From positions 21,485,867 to 21,549,866 of the forward strand of contig OZ316894.1 in NCBI GenBank assembly GCA_973895155.1: 64,000 nt of DNA, read 5' to 3'. This document shows positions 61,881-64,000 of the stretch, piece by piece (position 1 is the stretch's first letter; every line of letters begins with the position of its first letter). Under the pieces are notes generated by a model. That model ran no database searches. It was given only the letters and a program-made list of their open reading frames with translations, and had not been told where the DNA came from. A program made the translations under genes and the position numbers. Source of the stretch: Marsupella aquatica. Lineage: Eukaryota > Plantae > Marchantiophyta.

Positions 61881-64000
61881 GCGTTCTCCTCACAGGACCT
61901 TCTACTCGCCCATACGATCCAGCTTTCACTACACCAGCCTCAGATTCCAGCTGAACATGACTGTCGCCTTTTGTTGTGGAGCCATAATCTGAGGGTACCT
62001 TTAGATTATGGCGAATTCTCACTACGGCACGGACCACGGAGGACTGGATGCGACCACGCAGTGTACAACTTTAAGTTACGTTGTGGTAAACTGCAGAGTT
62101 TGGCCCTCACAAGAACAGTGAGTACAAATCATTAAGAGGGGGCCCATCAGGGAAAAAAAGTTCCCCAGGGGCCCATCAGGTAAGAAAGGTTCGTAGAGGG
62201 CCCATCAAGCATATATCTCCTCTTTTTTGTGAATACATACTTTGCCTCTCTGTTTAGTCTAATTGTTAAATTGCCACCTATTTTCATTTTTGGTTAACAA
62301 ACAAGTAACTCTGATTAGCTTGGAATGATCCAACAGTCAACATCCTGCCTATTTTCATCATCAGAGAATTATCACCCGTCTCAACTTAAACCACAGCTGC
62401 CAGTATAAAAGGGCCCTTGGTCTGCCCGCCTAGTCATTCTTTGCTGCCCGGATGCACAGTGATCCCGGGTGAACAGCTCCTTTGGCCCGACAACTTTTCC
62501 GCTTTCCTCTCCAACGCCAGGTGAGTGAAACGCATGCATGACTTTGCAAGTGACAAAGCCTGTGTGTGTGACTGCCCCATCTCTCCTTCGCGCACTGACA
62601 TAGCTGTGCGTCGCTGTCCAGCCTTTCCACTCGTTTTGGATCAATCAAAGTTACTTTTCGGATTGGTATTGTTGACGACATTGGCTTTGGTGTTTACTTT
62701 GCATTGGAACTCGTCCCACTTGGTGTCATCGCTAGGGATTGTTATCAGGTACATATGAATTCAATAGACTACTTTTGGTTCCTTCAACGGCTGCTGAATT
62801 GCAGTTTTCACCGACAGCAATCAGCATTCCTTCACTTCCACAAGTTTGTACTTCGCAGTTTTTACTCGATTTGAACCAGACCCGATTTGAAGCAGAAGCA
62901 TCGTCTCACCTCTGTTTTACATTCACCTTCTTGTCATAGAGTAGCTTACTTCGGCCAGAATTTCATTGGCGAATTTCTGTGGAGCTGTTGTGATCGTTTC
63001 TAATCTGGGTGAGTGATCGTGGTATGTGTCGCCTCCAATCTGTAGTCTGCCTCGATCATCCTTTGAGTCCTCAATTGAGTCAGGGCAGCAGGCAGTAGTC
63101 TAAGATACCTGATCCCCAGACATTTCCAGCTTTTCTGTCTATCTTTTTTCTCTTGGAGTATATTGTTGAACGGACCTCAGTCTTTTAGTAGTCCTCTTTT
63201 GTACAGCACAAGCGATAAGCGATAAGCGATAAGGCACAACGACAAGCGATAAGGGATAAGCGCAATAAGGTGGAAATCCGGTGTTGGGCTTGTGCAGCTT
63301 CGCCCCGTTTAGGCCAATCACTATCACTATCTCACCCTAGCTAATTACTAATTGGAATGGCAACTCGGAGAAGGAATTATTGTAGCAGCTTTATCATACA
63401 CATTGAAACAGCGAAAGACACAAAGACGATGACATCGCGATATAGAAGGACATTTCAATTTGCTGGTGACATCAGCCCTATTGGCAGTGCTAGCTTGCTA
63501 CCTGACGGATCAATTCTTCACGACCTCTACCTCCACCGTTCCACTACTCCCTTCTCCTTTGTCGCTCTGCTGTTGCTGCTAAAGTTCTCCATCATCGACC
63601 AGCTAGCTACGTCCTTATCCAACGCTTTCCACCGGAACATACTTACACCGGACATTTCATTGTTGCGTGGTGTGCATATGCAAATAGCTAGTAAGGTCAA
63701 TTGTGCTTGTAATTGTGATGTGCAAATATTAATTTCTGCAACTCCGTAGCTCTCTAAAAGCGAAAACAACTTCGACGTCACTCACTAATTCCTTTGCCTC
63801 AATAATGTCGAGCCTTCGTAAGAAAGTCCAAGGTGTCATCCAGTATCGACACAACTCCTTTACCATGTTTTCAGTACGGGAGTCACGACACAACTCCTTT
63901 ACCATGTAATCAGTATGGGAGTCACCATGCATGTCATCAGTCCCGTAGTCAAATTGACCATGTAGTCAGTATGCCTGTCAAGATCATGTTGGGAAGCCGA

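Larger units (their letters stand above)
58603..62219. mobile_element. Non-autonomous Mutator-like (Pack-MULE) element, ~3.6 kb
   Basis: ~85-bp TIRs GAG(T/A)TATATGCTTGATGGGCCCTCTACG(G)AACCTTTCTTACCTGATGGGCCCC at 58603- and (reverse complement) -62219. CTCTTTTTTG is duplicated at 58593-58602 and 62220-62229 (10-bp TSD, or 8 bp if the termini are GG..CC). No transposase. Confidence 0.88.

Noticed and set aside
62400-64000. Possible gene start (TATAAAAG ~62404, donor-like caggtgag ~62518) and short ORFs
   Set aside because: No recognisable coding sequence lies within the window, so a call cannot be supported.

Overview
Eukaryotic, intron-containing plant genomic DNA. It is most consistent with a liverwort or other bryophyte; this is inferred from the hydrolase-type NLRs and not proven. 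Bases 1-29 kb hold a tandem array of three alpha/beta-hydrolase-NB-ARC-LRR (HNL-type) immune receptor genes on the + strand. Copy 1 is apparently intact (about 1398 aa, 5 coding exons); copies 2 and 3 carry frameshifts. All copies have Cys at the nucleophile elbow (GHCVGG; frameshifted in copy 3), non-canonical NB-ARC motifs (MHT, VVDNV, NFPL) and hypervariable LRR surface residues. Each NLR is preceded by, and partly overlaps, a decayed minus-strand coding sequence. An orphan two-exon HECT E3 ligase (UPL6-like) 3' fragment lies between copies 2 and 3. The rest holds intronless RPS16 (-), a candidate 43-aa membrane microprotein (+), THO complex subunit 6 (-), a short-chain dehydrogenase (+), and a peroxisomal enoyl-CoA isomerase (-) with a pair of apparent mutually exclusive exons. 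Three non-autonomous DNA transposons have visible TIRs and TSDs: a 213-bp MITE with AAT TSD, a 1.6-kb TATGG..CCATA element with 6-bp TSD (IS3EU-like signature), and a 3.6-kb Pack-MULE-like element carrying an RNase H1 N-terminal domain. All exon models were built by eye and need transcript confirmation.
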